From the IMG/VR virus record IMGVR_UViG_3300003375_000013, positions 64,001-128,000 of that record: 64,000 nucleotides of DNA. One strand, written 5' to 3'. The position numbers and the translations under genes were made by a program. Below the pieces are notes generated by a model, which ran no database searches, was not told the origin of the DNA, and saw nothing but the letters and a program-made list of their open reading frames with translations. Shown here piece by piece: positions 35,169 through 45,650 of this stretch (positions are counted from its first letter, which is position 1; every line of letters starts with the position of its first letter). Source of the DNA: a virus.

Positions 35169-36116
35169 ATGAACAAAATAATCAAAATACAGCAGCATGA
35201 CGATTCTTTGATGCATCTTACCTGGATGATCAACAACATATGTACCAACCATTGTTCTTATTGCCCTCCTAATTTACACGAAGGCAAAAATCATTACTAC
35301 GAATGGGAAAATGCTCAAAGATTCTTCAAGATGCTATTTGAAAGATATCCAAGAATACATTGTAGCGTCAGTGGCGGAGAACCTAGTTTAAGTCCATTCT
35401 TCCCTGACATTTGTAAAATATTCTACGAAGCAGGGCATACTATAGGGTGTACATCTAATGCTGCTAAACCAGCTAGTTACTGGAAAAACATAGCGCCATA
35501 CTTAGGTTACATCTGTTTTTCGTGGCATCCACAATTTCCTGATAAAAACTTTTTAGAAAAAGTAGTTGCCGCTGCTAGGCAAATACATGTAACCGTCCGA
35601 GTAATGATGTTATCTGAAAAGTGGGACGAATGTGTAGAAATGTTCAATGAACTAAGCAGTCGTTGGGAGTTTATAACAGAACCAGTTAAGATTATAGCAT
35701 ATAACGACATTGATCCTACCACTTCAGTATATACAGATGAACAATTAGAATGGTTTGAGAAAAACTATGGCAATCACAATGATAGGCCCCTTCGTCATTT
35801 AATTTCTCCTATAAATCCGGTTGTAATACTGTCTGATTATCACTTTGATGACGGCACTATCGTGAATAAAGCCAATGCTAGTGATTGGGTTAATCGTGGA
35901 TACACTAATTTCAATGGATATACATGTGAAATAGGAAAAAAATCATTGTTTGTTCGTCCTAATGGCATAATATATTTGGGTAACTGCTTAGTTGGTGGTA
36001 AAATTGGAAACATCAATAAGCCTGAAAAAATTATGTGGCCGACTGATAATATAAAATGTAACATTGACATATGTAGTTGCTCAAGTGACGTTAATATAAA
36101 CAAGTGGATTGAATGA
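35169..36116 (+). CDS. Radical SAM protein
   Basis: CTNHCSYC; SGGEP; C-terminal Cys cluster. Confidence 0.92.
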   Translation: MNKIIKIQQHDDSLMHLTWMINNICTNHCSYCPPNLHEGKNHYYEWENAQRFFKMLFERYPRIHCSVSGGEPSLSPFFPDICKIFYEAGHTIGCTSNAAKPASYWKNIAPYLGYICFSWHPQFPDKNFLEKVVAAARQIHVTVRVMMLSEKWDECVEMFNELSSRWEFITEPVKIIAYNDIDPTTSVYTDEQLEWFEKNYGNHNDRPLRHLISPINPVVILSDYHFDDGTIVNKANASDWVNRGYTNFNGYTCEIGKKSLFVRPNGIIYLGNCLVGGKIGNINKPEKIMWPTDNIKCNIDICSCSSDVNINKWIE

Positions 36117-37063
36117 ACAAAATAATTAGAATAGAACAACCAAGCAATGCTCCTTTAAATTTAACATGGATCATTAATAATATATGCACTAACCATTGTT
36201 CATACTGCGCCACAAACTTGCACATGGGAAAAAATCATAATTACGAATGGGCAAATGCACTAAGATTTTTTGAAATGTTGTTTGAGAAGTATCCTAAAAT
36301 ACATTGTAGTGTTAGTGGCGGCGAACCAAGTGTTAGTCCATTCTTTCCTGAAATTTGTAAACTATTTTATGATCGTGGGCATACTATTGGCGTAACAACT
36401 AATCTAGCGAAACCCGTTAGATATTGGAAAGAATTGGCTCCATATCTAAATTACGCATCAATATCATGGCATTCACAATTTATTGATATAAATTTTTTAG
36501 AAAAAACACTAGCAGTTGCAGAATTAATACCGACTAATGTTCGTATATTAATGCTGCCGGGGCAATGGGAACAGTGTGTCGCAGCATATGATAAGTTATC
36601 TAAAATAGATAAATTTACAACAGAACCAGTCATGATACAAGACAAACGAGGAATGGACTCAAGTGCTCACGTATATAATGTTCCGCAACAAATATGGTTT
36701 GAACAGAATAGACCGGCAAACGAAGGAAAAATGTTACATTTGTCTATACCACATGTTGCTGGACTAGGTGCCACTTATTTCTTTCAGGATGGCACGAGTA
36801 TAGAAAATGCTAATACCACTGATTTAGTAAACAGTGGGTTAACTCATTTCAAAGGATATGACTGCGAAATAGGATTAAAATCACTGTACATAGACTATAA
36901 CGGAAAAGTATTTGCAGGTAACTGTTGTGTCGGAGGTCCCTTAGGATCAATCAATGAACCAGAAAACATAACATGGGTAACACAACCTGTAAAATGTACT
37001 GTAAATTTATGCCATTGCGACACTGATGTTTCTATTAATAAAAGGATTGACAATGTTTTGTAA
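36113..37063 (+). CDS. Radical SAM protein (tandem paralogue of 35169-36116)
   Basis: Shared INNICTNHCSYC, IHCSVSGGEPS.SPFFP. Confidence 0.92.
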   Translation: MNKIIRIEQPSNAPLNLTWIINNICTNHCSYCATNLHMGKNHNYEWANALRFFEMLFEKYPKIHCSVSGGEPSVSPFFPEICKLFYDRGHTIGVTTNLAKPVRYWKELAPYLNYASISWHSQFIDINFLEKTLAVAELIPTNVRILMLPGQWEQCVAAYDKLSKIDKFTTEPVMIQDKRGMDSSAHVYNVPQQIWFEQNRPANEGKMLHLSIPHVAGLGATYFFQDGTSIENANTTDLVNSGLTHFKGYDCEIGLKSLYIDYNGKVFAGNCCVGGPLGSINEPENITWVTQPVKCTVNLCHCDTDVSINKRIDNVL

Positions 37064-38198
37064 ATTTTTAACTAACACATATCACTTTACATATGACAAT
37101 GTAAAGCCATGTTGCTGGATTAAACATACTCCAGAAACTCAAATTAAAATCAATGATCCCGATCTTATAGAAAAATTTAAACACATAAGACAGATAAATG
37201 ATTGGACACCAGAGTGTAGCTATTGCTATGACTTAGAATCATCGGGCACAGCATCTCCTAGAACACTTGCTACAAAAGAAGATATATTTACTAATGAAGA
37301 TGAGTTAGGCGATGCCATTAAGGTTGAACTACAGTTAGATGACGATTGCAATGCAGCATGTTTAATGTGTGGAACTTGGAATAGTACAACATGGCAACAA
37401 TACGAAACAAAAACTCTTAAAACTAAATTGCCGTCATATAGATGGCAAACTACAGTCAAAGAAAGAATTGAAGTTGTTAAAAATATGATTGATTTCAATA
37501 TGACAAAACAAGTACATTTTTTCGGAGGAGAGCCATTTAATGGTGACACCCAACTAAAAATGTTACGTCTGATGGAACATCCAGAAAACATTAAACTTGT
37601 GTATACGACAAATGGTAGCGTATTTCCTTCTGACGAAACATTGGCATTATGGAAAAAATTTAAAAATGTTCACATAGGAATTAGCATAGATGGCATCGGC
37701 GAACAGTTTAACTATTTACGATGGCCATTGCAATGGCACCAAGTTGAAAATAATTTAATAAAGTATATTAATCTAAACTACGATAATGTTACAATAAACA
37801 CCAGTTTTACTGCCACTCCATTTAACATATGGTATATAGACAAGTATACTGATTGGTCTATTGACTTTTCTAAAAAGTATAAATCAAATAAAACAGATCT
37901 TACCAGATGGTTCTTAAATCCACATCCAGTAGTTGGTGATAAAATGAATATGACTTGTATTCCTCCTGGGTTAGAAGAAGCAGTTATAGCTAAATTTGGT
38001 AAAGATAGTAGAGTTGCTAAATTAATAATGCCGTTTGATGTCCAAACATGTCTACATATGATCAATTATACGCAATTCCATGATAGGCATAGACACACTG
38101 ATTGGAAAAAAACTTTTCCGGAAATTGTAGATTACTTCGACATGGATATACTTGCTCCTGTTCGCAAAAGCAAAGTATGGGAAATAAAAAGCATATGA
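37053..38198 (+). CDS. Radical SAM protein with N-terminal SPASM/twitch-like domain
   Basis: FCKFL...PCC; CNAACLMC; FFGGEP. Confidence 0.9.
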   Translation: MFCKFLTNTYHFTYDNVKPCCWIKHTPETQIKINDPDLIEKFKHIRQINDWTPECSYCYDLESSGTASPRTLATKEDIFTNEDELGDAIKVELQLDDDCNAACLMCGTWNSTTWQQYETKTLKTKLPSYRWQTTVKERIEVVKNMIDFNMTKQVHFFGGEPFNGDTQLKMLRLMEHPENIKLVYTTNGSVFPSDETLALWKKFKNVHIGISIDGIGEQFNYLRWPLQWHQVENNLIKYINLNYDNVTINTSFTATPFNIWYIDKYTDWSIDFSKKYKSNKTDLTRWFLNPHPVVGDKMNMTCIPPGLEEAVIAKFGKDSRVAKLIMPFDVQTCLHMINYTQFHDRHRHTDWKKTFPEIVDYFDMDILAPVRKSKVWEIKSI

Positions 38199-39037
38199 AA
38201 ACGTTGCGAATATACGGAGATAGCTTTGCATCTGCTGAGAACAATAGTTTTTTAGTGTCAGCAGGATGGGGTAATATGTTAGGAGAGTTAATGAACATAC
38301 CAGTACAAAACAACGCTGTTTCTGGTAGTAGTACCGAATATTCTATTCTAACATTTGTCAAAGATGTTTCGACCGGTGTTATAAACGATAATGATATTGT
38401 TATTTTTGTTCCCAGTAGTATTGGAAGATTATATTTTTCTCATCAACTTCACGCACGACCAGAAACAGCAAGCCTCTACTTATCTGACCCGAAGCAATAT
38501 GAAGAATCACATAATTGGTATTATAGGAACAAAGATCACATAGAATGGTGGATGGTAAACAACGATAGGGCAATGCATGGCATTACGTTTGAATCCTATA
38601 TGCAACTTTTAAAAAACTTTGCCATTAGTAAACCATTATGTACTGTTATAGTATTGCCGGCATTCAATAACGGATACTACAACCAAGATATATTTAATAA
38701 TGTTCCTCCTCATAATTTTTTAAGAGCTAATATTTTCCTTAAGCGTATTAGTGAAGCTGAAGTAATATGCGATAATAGTGAATTTGATTATGTTTGGTGG
38801 AGAGAATTTACTACAATAGATCTTAGATCAAATCATTTGACTAATACAAATTTATCTATACTAGCTAATTTATTATTTAACTCAATAAACTCATTATCTA
38901 TAGATAATATTACATATGATAAATTCAAATCTAACAATATTAATAAGATTACAACAAAAGAACAATATTTAAAATATGTAAGGGATGGACTATTATCACC
39001 AAGGAAATATACAAAAATGCTAGGTAATCTGAAATGA
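38195..39037 (+). CDS. SGNH-like protein
   Basis: MKTLRIYGDSF, NNAVSGSS, RSNHLT. Confidence 0.6.
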   Translation: MKTLRIYGDSFASAENNSFLVSAGWGNMLGELMNIPVQNNAVSGSSTEYSILTFVKDVSTGVINDNDIVIFVPSSIGRLYFSHQLHARPETASLYLSDPKQYEESHNWYYRNKDHIEWWMVNNDRAMHGITFESYMQLLKNFAISKPLCTVIVLPAFNNGYYNQDIFNNVPPHNFLRANIFLKRISEAEVICDNSEFDYVWWREFTTIDLRSNHLTNTNLSILANLLFNSINSLSIDNITYDKFKSNNINKITTKEQYLKYVRDGLLSPRKYTKMLGNLK

Positions 39038-39708
39038 AAAATCATTTAAACTTTCCTCCAGCCCTACTTGAGTTTTATAATCAAAACAAAAACTGCTCAA
39101 ATCCAACATACAATAATTTTCAAGAATCACATGATGATCCAGAGTGTGCGTATTATCCGATTAAATTTGACTTTGATACTGTGCTATTGTTAGCAGAGTG
39201 CCAATCAGTGGATGATTTATATTTCAATCATCGTGGGCAAGACAAGAAAAAAGGCTATGGTCATGAAGGTTGGCAAAGTCTAACGCTACATGGTATTGAC
39301 AAACACAAGACAGAACATTATACTAAGTATGGGTTTACCAGTGCAACAGAAGCTGATTATCATTGGACTGATGCGTGTGAACGTGTACCTAACTTATACA
39401 AATTTTTAAGTAGTTTACCATTTACAGAATTTGATCGTGTACGTATTATGCGTCTTGCACCAGGTGGATACATTATGCCACATAGTGATAATAAATTTCA
39501 AAGAGCATTCGGCCCATTAAATATTGCTATCAATAATCCAGATGGATGTCATTTTGTTTTTAAGAATAAAGGTATAGTACCATTTGAGTCTGGCACTGGA
39601 TTAGTGTTAGATGTTGGGACTGAACATATTGTCATTAATAACAGCAATGAAGTTAGATACCATGTCATTGTACATGGCAATTACGATAAAGGGTTTTACA
39701 GTTTATGA
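39034..39708 (+). CDS. AspH-like 2OG-Fe(II) oxygenase
   Basis: RVRIMRLAPGGYIMPHSD; EHIVINNSNEVRYHVIVH. Confidence 0.88.
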   Translation: MKNHLNFPPALLEFYNQNKNCSNPTYNNFQESHDDPECAYYPIKFDFDTVLLLAECQSVDDLYFNHRGQDKKKGYGHEGWQSLTLHGIDKHKTEHYTKYGFTSATEADYHWTDACERVPNLYKFLSSLPFTEFDRVRIMRLAPGGYIMPHSDNKFQRAFGPLNIAINNPDGCHFVFKNKGIVPFESGTGLVLDVGTEHIVINNSNEVRYHVIVHGNYDKGFYSL

Positions 39709-41072
39709 ACGTAGTATATACAAGAAGATTTTTTGAAGGCAAGAAAGTAAAATTTGCCGTTGTTGACGAAGCAAGAGTTGCTGAAAAACATATTGAGCTG
39801 TTTACCAAAGTTCGTGATTTAACTTTTTCACTAACATCAAGAATGATAACTCCTATCGTCGAAGGTAAAGTTATGTTTTATAACACCATCGATGACGCAA
39901 TGGATGATAGTTTGGATTACGATTTAATATTCATTCAATCAGTTGGAAATCTAATCAAAAGCAATATATTACTAGAACAAATTGAAAAGTATAGCATAGA
40001 CAATCCTGATTTTTTTGCTCTTGCATTTACATTAGATTGGCAAAGTGAAAAAGGCGCAGGTTGGGTTGAAATACATCATCAAATGATGTTTGTTAATATC
40101 AACAAATGGAAAGAAATAGGATCTCCTAAATTTGGCGGGTGGGATACGGTTACAGAAGAACTTCCTAACTATATACGTTCAGAAGAAAACTTTCATAACC
40201 GATATACACCATATTGGATGAAAGGTGCCGAAGGATCTACAGTAGGCACTAGAACTAGCCAAGGATATGGATTCTTAAAAGCTGCATTTGCCAACGGTAT
40301 CAAGATAGATAATTTTACTGATGAAATGCGTAAATGTAGATTGTTTATTTACCCTGAATCAGACACAGATAATCTGTATGAAGCATTTATAAAACGAAAT
40401 ACAAAGTTAGTATCGAACTCTAACCAAAAGAAATGGATAAAAACATTCAAACTTGCTCCTACTATTTGGGTGTATAACAGCGAACGCTATTATTTCCACG
40501 GCGATAAAAAGTGCGATACGTACTTTGGCACAGCATCAGGATTTAAGTATCTTGATATTCTGAATGGAAATGATACTGTGAAATTTGTGTTTTATGATTT
40601 TCATGAAAAATCACTTGACTGGATCAAACAGCTTAAAGAAACTTGGGATGGCAATGATTTTCCAAAGTATCTATCAAAACAGTCAGATGACTTTAAGAAA
40701 TATTACAAATATATCAATGGCAGTATTGAAGAAAATCAAAAACTTTTGTTTTCTGATTTTGGCAGTGAAAAACAGTTTATGGAACTATGGAATAGATTTA
40801 AGACATGCGAGGTTGAGTATATTAAGTGCAATTTATTTGAACTTGACGAAGTTCAAAGGTTGTTGTCTAAGACGGTAGGAGACACTCCGTTCTTTTTTTA
40901 CAGTAACATATTTGCTACTGACTATACCATAATAAATTTTACGCTAGAAGAAATAACTAAAAAATATAATGACTTTTTAGATGCAATTTTTTCAGCATAT
41001 CCTACAGCTATTACGAATGGTAGCACACAATTAGGTGACTGGGTAGAATATACAGCAAAGAATAGACAATGA
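39705..41072 (+). CDS. Hypothetical protein
   Basis: 455-aa ORF with ATGA overlaps; no family recognised with confidence. Confidence 0.75.
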   Translation: MNVVYTRRFFEGKKVKFAVVDEARVAEKHIELFTKVRDLTFSLTSRMITPIVEGKVMFYNTIDDAMDDSLDYDLIFIQSVGNLIKSNILLEQIEKYSIDNPDFFALAFTLDWQSEKGAGWVEIHHQMMFVNINKWKEIGSPKFGGWDTVTEELPNYIRSEENFHNRYTPYWMKGAEGSTVGTRTSQGYGFLKAAFANGIKIDNFTDEMRKCRLFIYPESDTDNLYEAFIKRNTKLVSNSNQKKWIKTFKLAPTIWVYNSERYYFHGDKKCDTYFGTASGFKYLDILNGNDTVKFVFYDFHEKSLDWIKQLKETWDGNDFPKYLSKQSDDFKKYYKYINGSIEENQKLLFSDFGSEKQFMELWNRFKTCEVEYIKCNLFELDEVQRLLSKTVGDTPFFFYSNIFATDYTIINFTLEEITKKYNDFLDAIFSAYPTAITNGSTQLGDWVEYTAKNRQ

Positions 41073-41875
41073 AAACATTAAGAATATACGGAGATAGTTT
41101 TGGTGTTAACACTGAAAATCTTCAATCTTGGCCTATTATGTTGCAAAAAAAATTACAAATTCCATTAGTCAACAAAGCAGTAGGCGGTGGCAGTACCGAA
41201 TACGCAGCATTGCAATTTGTTAATGATGTACAAAATAATATTATCGGCAATGATGATATTGTCATTTATATACCTAGCACTAAGGGAAGATTACATTTTA
41301 ATTTTCAAATTTCAACACATCCAGAAACAGCTGGAGGATATTGCCATGGTCCGGACATTAGACCACATATTGACAATAGTTGGTACCATAGTAGCAAAGA
41401 GCATATAGAATGGTGGATGGTTAATGCATCTCACGCAGTAATTTCCATGAACTTTGAAAGTTATGTGCATCTAATAAGCAATGTAGCAAGGTCAAAACCA
41501 AATGCTACGTTTATAATGATAAGACATATAAAATGGAATCATCATATTCCTAATATCGTTCATCCTAGTAATTTTTTAATTCCTCCCGTATTGTTCACTG
41601 ATATTACAGCGAGAGAAATTATTGGCAAATATAATTACATGGATTTTGTGGAATTCACTAAGTATGATCCCAGAGCTAATCACTTAACTATTCCAAATTT
41701 AGAGATATTATCTGAATTAGTATATGAAACTATCAATACTAAATCAGTAGAAAATTTTACAATGGATAAATTTAAAACTAATGTAATTAAAAAAATAACT
41801 TCTGCTGAGCAATACTTAGAATATGTTAAACAAGGTTACTTAGATTTTAGTCATAGCATATTGATGAATTTATGA
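41069..41875 (+). CDS. SGNH-like protein (paralogue of 38195-39037)
   Basis: MKTLRIYGDSF, HIEWWMVN, RANHLT. Confidence 0.6.
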   Translation: MKTLRIYGDSFGVNTENLQSWPIMLQKKLQIPLVNKAVGGGSTEYAALQFVNDVQNNIIGNDDIVIYIPSTKGRLHFNFQISTHPETAGGYCHGPDIRPHIDNSWYHSSKEHIEWWMVNASHAVISMNFESYVHLISNVARSKPNATFIMIRHIKWNHHIPNIVHPSNFLIPPVLFTDITAREIIGKYNYMDFVEFTKYDPRANHLTIPNLEILSELVYETINTKSVENFTMDKFKTNVIKKITSAEQYLEYVKQGYLDFSHSILMNL

Positions 41876-42414
41876 TAAACAAAGACGCATTTTCAAATGG
41901 CCAAATGGATAGTAAGCTATGGTTATGTCGTGAACTTGAGAAGTTAGGATGGGATAGTAAACTAACACGCATATACGCTGGCTGGTATGGAATAACTGGA
42001 TTCTTACTGTTAAGTAGAGAAAAATTTATGGTTGATCGTATTGAAAGCTATGACTTAGATCCTACATGCGAGGCTATTGCTGATATGATCAACGAAAATT
42101 GGGTTATTAAGGAATGGAAGTTTAAAGCACATACAAAAGATTGTAATATAACATTACCTGGTAATCCAGATCTAATAATTAACACTAGCACAGAGCATTT
42201 TGACTCTATGGATTGGTTTAATAACATTTCCAAGGGAACTAGAGTTATACTTCAAGGGAATGATATGCCACATGATGATCATGTGGTACATTCAGCGACA
42301 TTAGATGATTTTATTGATCATTATCCACTAACAAGCATTGATTACTATGATAGTTTAGACTTCGTGTATCCTGATTCACAGTTTACACGTTATATGATAA
42401 TTGGCACTAAGTAA
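41872..42414 (+). CDS. Class I SAM-dependent methyltransferase-like protein
   Basis: SKLWL, AGWYG, SYDLDP, INTSTEH, RYMIIG. Confidence 0.7.
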   Translation: MINKDAFSNGQMDSKLWLCRELEKLGWDSKLTRIYAGWYGITGFLLLSREKFMVDRIESYDLDPTCEAIADMINENWVIKEWKFKAHTKDCNITLPGNPDLIINTSTEHFDSMDWFNNISKGTRVILQGNDMPHDDHVVHSATLDDFIDHYPLTSIDYYDSLDFVYPDSQFTRYMIIGTK

Positions 42415-43359
42415 TTACCAGCCTTCTTGCCTGCGTATTACATCAATTTCACGAACCATAATACCTTGGTTATGCCAATTACTGTGATAGTGTCTTTTAA
42501 AAAATCTACTTGCAGTTTCATCTAACATTGTTATAGGAAGATCTAATTGAGTAATTAGATCGGGTGCTATTCTAGCAGCAACTTGCTCTGGGTCATGCCC
42601 ATCTATTGTATCATAGATTAACTTAAGTGCATTAAAATCTTGAACAGTGGTATGATCCCATGATGGGTTAATCATAAGCATGTAAGTGCCCATACGAGCA
42701 CCCAACATAGCCCAGATGCCATTTTCAACGTCTCTGCCTACATTATGCCATATAGTTAAGTGATCAAGATTACGATGATGTACTCTGCTTCTAAAATCTT
42801 GTATGCTAGGCTTAGCTCCACGATCTAAACACATCTTAACACCTTCCCTAAACCCCGCTCTCCACGCCTGAAAAGGTGATCCATCTGGATATGTTGTCGA
42901 ATAACAGTCATGCATAGCCCAATACAGTGGATCAAAGCAAAACTCTACTTGCGTTTCAACTTTACCATCAGTATTTTCATGTGTTTTCATGTTATTAATG
43001 AAAGTGCGGGTCCATGAGCTAATTCCCCCATTACCATACATCAATCCATTGATATTATTTCTGGCACGCCAACGATATACTGCTTGTTCCCATTGTTCAT
43101 CAGGAAATTCAAGTATCAGATCAAAGAAATCATCTTCGGGTAGATTATCACCATCAATTAAAATAAATCTTTCAGTTTCACTGGCAGCAGCGGCAGCTTT
43201 ATGTGCGGCATCTGATCCTATTACTCCGTCAACTCGTTTAGCCCATGGCGCCATGTTTATTATTTGAGCCCAAAACTTTTCTTTCTGTGGCTCATCATAA
43301 GTTAGAAATATAATGTCTAATTCTGCAATACATAATGTGGTTTTTTTCATATTTTTCAT
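42415..43359 (-). CDS. Glycosyltransferase-like protein (paralogue of 30458 C-terminal domain)
   Basis: IFLTYDEP, KRVDGVIGSDAAHKAAA, ILIDGDN, AWRAGFREGVK. Confidence 0.65.
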   Translation of the reverse strand: MKNMKKTTLCIAELDIIFLTYDEPQKEKFWAQIINMAPWAKRVDGVIGSDAAHKAAAAASETERFILIDGDNLPEDDFFDLILEFPDEQWEQAVYRWRARNNINGLMYGNGGISSWTRTFINNMKTHENTDGKVETQVEFCFDPLYWAMHDCYSTTYPDGSPFQAWRAGFREGVKMCLDRGAKPSIQDFRSRVHHRNLDHLTIWHNVGRDVENGIWAMLGARMGTYMLMINPSWDHTTVQDFNALKLIYDTIDGHDPEQVAARIAPDLITQLDLPITMLDETASRFFKRHYHSNWHNQGIMVREIDVIRRQEGW

Positions 43360-43425
43360 AAATAAAAGTGTAGTTCACGATACTAGTCCTATCCAACTAC
43401 TCTAACGCTTGAAAGAGCATCAGCC
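43358..43425 (+). promoter_or_regulatory. Late promoter plus structured leader of an endonuclease remnant
   Basis: ATAAATA; GTAGTT...AACTAC stem with inner GATA/TATC; GCTT-GAAA-GAGC hairpin. Confidence 0.5.
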
Positions 43426-43557
43426 ATGTATTTAACTAACAAATACCATCAGTACTATTTTATCATAATCAATAGAGCAAAATCAAGAAATTTGCCTACA
43501 GATACATATACAGAAAAACATCATACTATATTCCAGTTTATATGGGGCAATACTGAG
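43426..43557 (+). pseudogene. Frameshifted/truncated HNH homing endonuclease remnant
   Basis: MYLTNKYHQYYFIIINRAKSRNLPTDTYTEKHH then frame change; the alternative frame reads IPVYMG, matching the usual HHIIP..GG motif. Confidence 0.7.
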
Positions 43558-43838
43558 TCAACCACTATACTTACATCTTGTGGATGACATGATACTCCAT
43601 AGATGGTAGGAGTTAATTTTGTTATTACGTTAGTATCAAGAGTCACTAACTTGCCATCAATTACTCTAATATGAGTATGAGGAGTATTGTAAGTAGTCTG
43701 ATCAAGATTTATATATTTACCCGGCAAATCTTCTTGACTAAAAAATAATGGAAGTCCTTGATCGTCATGATACAGCCTATAAAATACAGATTTTGTCTCT
43801 ATAGGCTGTAATGCTGCCCAAAATTCTTCTTCATTCAT
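43521..43838 (-). CDS. Hypothetical protein
   Basis: ORF coupled to upstream gene. Confidence 0.7.
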   Translation of the reverse strand: MNEEEFWAALQPIETKSVFYRLYHDDQGLPLFFSQEDLPGKYINLDQTTYNTPHTHIRVIDGKLVTLDTNVITKLTPTIYGVSCHPQDVSIVVDSVLPHINWNIV

Positions 43839-44142
43839 CTGCTGGCGGCAATCCGTTACTATGTTTATTGCGTGTTTTCTCTACATCTTGCATAGCTCGT
43901 TGCTCTTGCATTGTACGCTCGTCAAAAAATTTACGAGGATTACCGCACATAACACAATTTGAGTCGCCACAAGTCATGCCAGATACTTTATGATACCGAT
44001 GCGGACTTGAATCTGCTGCGTCACCAGGTGTACCATAATCTGGATATGAATGAGCCTTACGAATGCTCATCTGTCGATTAATATGATTTTCTTTCTGCTG
44101 ATATCGCTTACTATGTTTAATTTTATCTGCTTCGTCACTCAT
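43831..44142 (-). CDS. Hypothetical protein with CxxxxCxxC motif
   Basis: CGDSNCVMCGNPRK. Confidence 0.7.
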   Translation of the reverse strand: MSDEADKIKHSKRYQQKENHINRQMSIRKAHSYPDYGTPGDAADSSPHRYHKVSGMTCGDSNCVMCGNPRKFFDERTMQEQRAMQDVEKTRNKHSNGLPPADE

Positions 44143-44869
44143 GTGCTAACTCCTTAATATAATAATGAACTAAACCCCACTGTGCCACTGTATTAATTCT
44201 AACACCTGGATTCGTAAGTTCACATACTAACTCTTTACTCCAATCTTCCGATAAAATAGGTATCATATGTTTTTTCATATGCACTATCGTCGGGCCTAGA
44301 CTCTTTGGTAAGGTTACACGATCAACTCCCATTATAACAGCAGCCATAGCATAAACTACATCAGTAGTAGCTTTTTCATCGGGAAATTTTAACAAAGCCT
44401 TATACTTTTCCCAATTTTCAAATATACTACGCACTAATTTGAAAAATTCAGTGGCAGTATCACTTGTTTGCCAGTACGTAATAGCATTATATACATCAGG
44501 CAAGTTATTATCATCAAATATCTTGCGATAATACCTTGATTTACCAGCATTATCATAAAAATCCCTGCATCCTTGACTAATAACTACATCTTTAGTCATG
44601 AATAAATCCCACCAATGATCAATGGGACTGGCACACCACATATCAGCTTCTAATTTAATCGTATATTTGTACGGACTTAACAAACAACATTGCCAATCAT
44701 TAGCATAACCACCTAGATTTCCATATGGCAACATATCTTCAGTGATAATAGTGTAATAAGCGTTAGGATGCCACTGGCGTATACTATAAACTAATTTATT
44801 AGCACAATCAATGTATTGATCACCAATAGCAGGGATCAAATATCCTCTATCCGATATCACTGGCAACAA
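44135..44869 (-). CDS. GT-A-fold glycosyltransferase-like protein
   Basis: RGYLIPA, SPYKYTIKLEADM, DVYNAITYW. Confidence 0.6.
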   Translation of the reverse strand: MLPVISDRGYLIPAIGDQYIDCANKLVYSIRQWHPNAYYTIITEDMLPYGNLGGYANDWQCCLLSPYKYTIKLEADMWCASPIDHWWDLFMTKDVVISQGCRDFYDNAGKSRYYRKIFDDNNLPDVYNAITYWQTSDTATEFFKLVRSIFENWEKYKALLKFPDEKATTDVVYAMAAVIMGVDRVTLPKSLGPTIVHMKKHMIPILSEDWSKELVCELTNPGVRINTVAQWGLVHYYIKELAHE

Positions 44870-45650
44870 TATCTCCTAAATGTTTCTTACCCATAGCATG
44901 AAAATCTTGATTTGATAAAGTTATATATCGTGGTTTTTGATCTTGTGTTAAAAAATCTACACGATATTGATCTGTCGCTGATTTTGTCAACTTAAGATCT
45001 GGCGTAACTGAAGCCAATTTCCATGGAATATCAGTATGATCAAGTGTATGACCATGAATAATACCTAACGCTATACTTAAAGCAAAATCATTACGATAGG
45101 TGGATTTTGAAATCTTATACAAATTTCTATAATGCTGCCAGTTCTGCTTAATCATATTCATTGCGTTAAAAAGCATCTCTACTTCAGGATCTCGTCTAAA
45201 CATCATTACAGTAGCCCACCACATTGGCATATTAAAGTTGCCAAAGTTGTTTAACTCATCAAAATTAGCTTGATTTACTACGTCATACGCTGTTTTATGT
45301 GCTGCAAATGTATGTGGCATTGCCAGTAATGTCTTTAGTTGATCGCTTGCCACAACATAATCAGCATCTATAACTAGTGTCTGTTCCCATGGAGTTAAAC
45401 CATATGCGTCAACCCGATTACCGTTATACCACGTAACACTTGTATCTTGATCAGCAAATCTTCTTGAATGTGCTCCTTCTGGTTTAGCATATACGCATTG
45501 TTCATACTCAGCAGGTTCAAATTGCTTATCAGTTACAATAGCAGTAGGAATGTCTAAATGTCGTAAAATATTAGCGGCTGTCCATCGCGCCATAGCAAGA
45601 TAATCTATGTGCTCATTATTAAATGCAAATATAAGTGCGCCAGTTGTCAT
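44847..45650 (-). CDS. GT-A-fold glycosyltransferase-like protein
   Basis: GALIFAFNN, TPWEQTLVIDADY, RNDFALSIAL. Confidence 0.6.
   Translation of the reverse strand: MTTGALIFAFNNEHIDYLAMARWTAANILRHLDIPTAIVTDKQFEPAEYEQCVYAKPEGAHSRRFADQDTSVTWYNGNRVDAYGLTPWEQTLVIDADYVVASDQLKTLLAMPHTFAAHKTAYDVVNQANFDELNNFGNFNMPMWWATVMMFRRDPEVEMLFNAMNMIKQNWQHYRNLYKISKSTYRNDFALSIALGIIHGHTLDHTDIPWKLASVTPDLKLTKSATDQYRVDFLTQDQKPRYITLSNQDFHAMGKKHLGDIVASDIG

Noticed and set aside
32165-38198. RiPP (rSAM/SPASM peptide) cluster
   Set aside because: Genes overlap tightly with no room for a precursor ORF, and no RRE, peptidase or exporter was recognised
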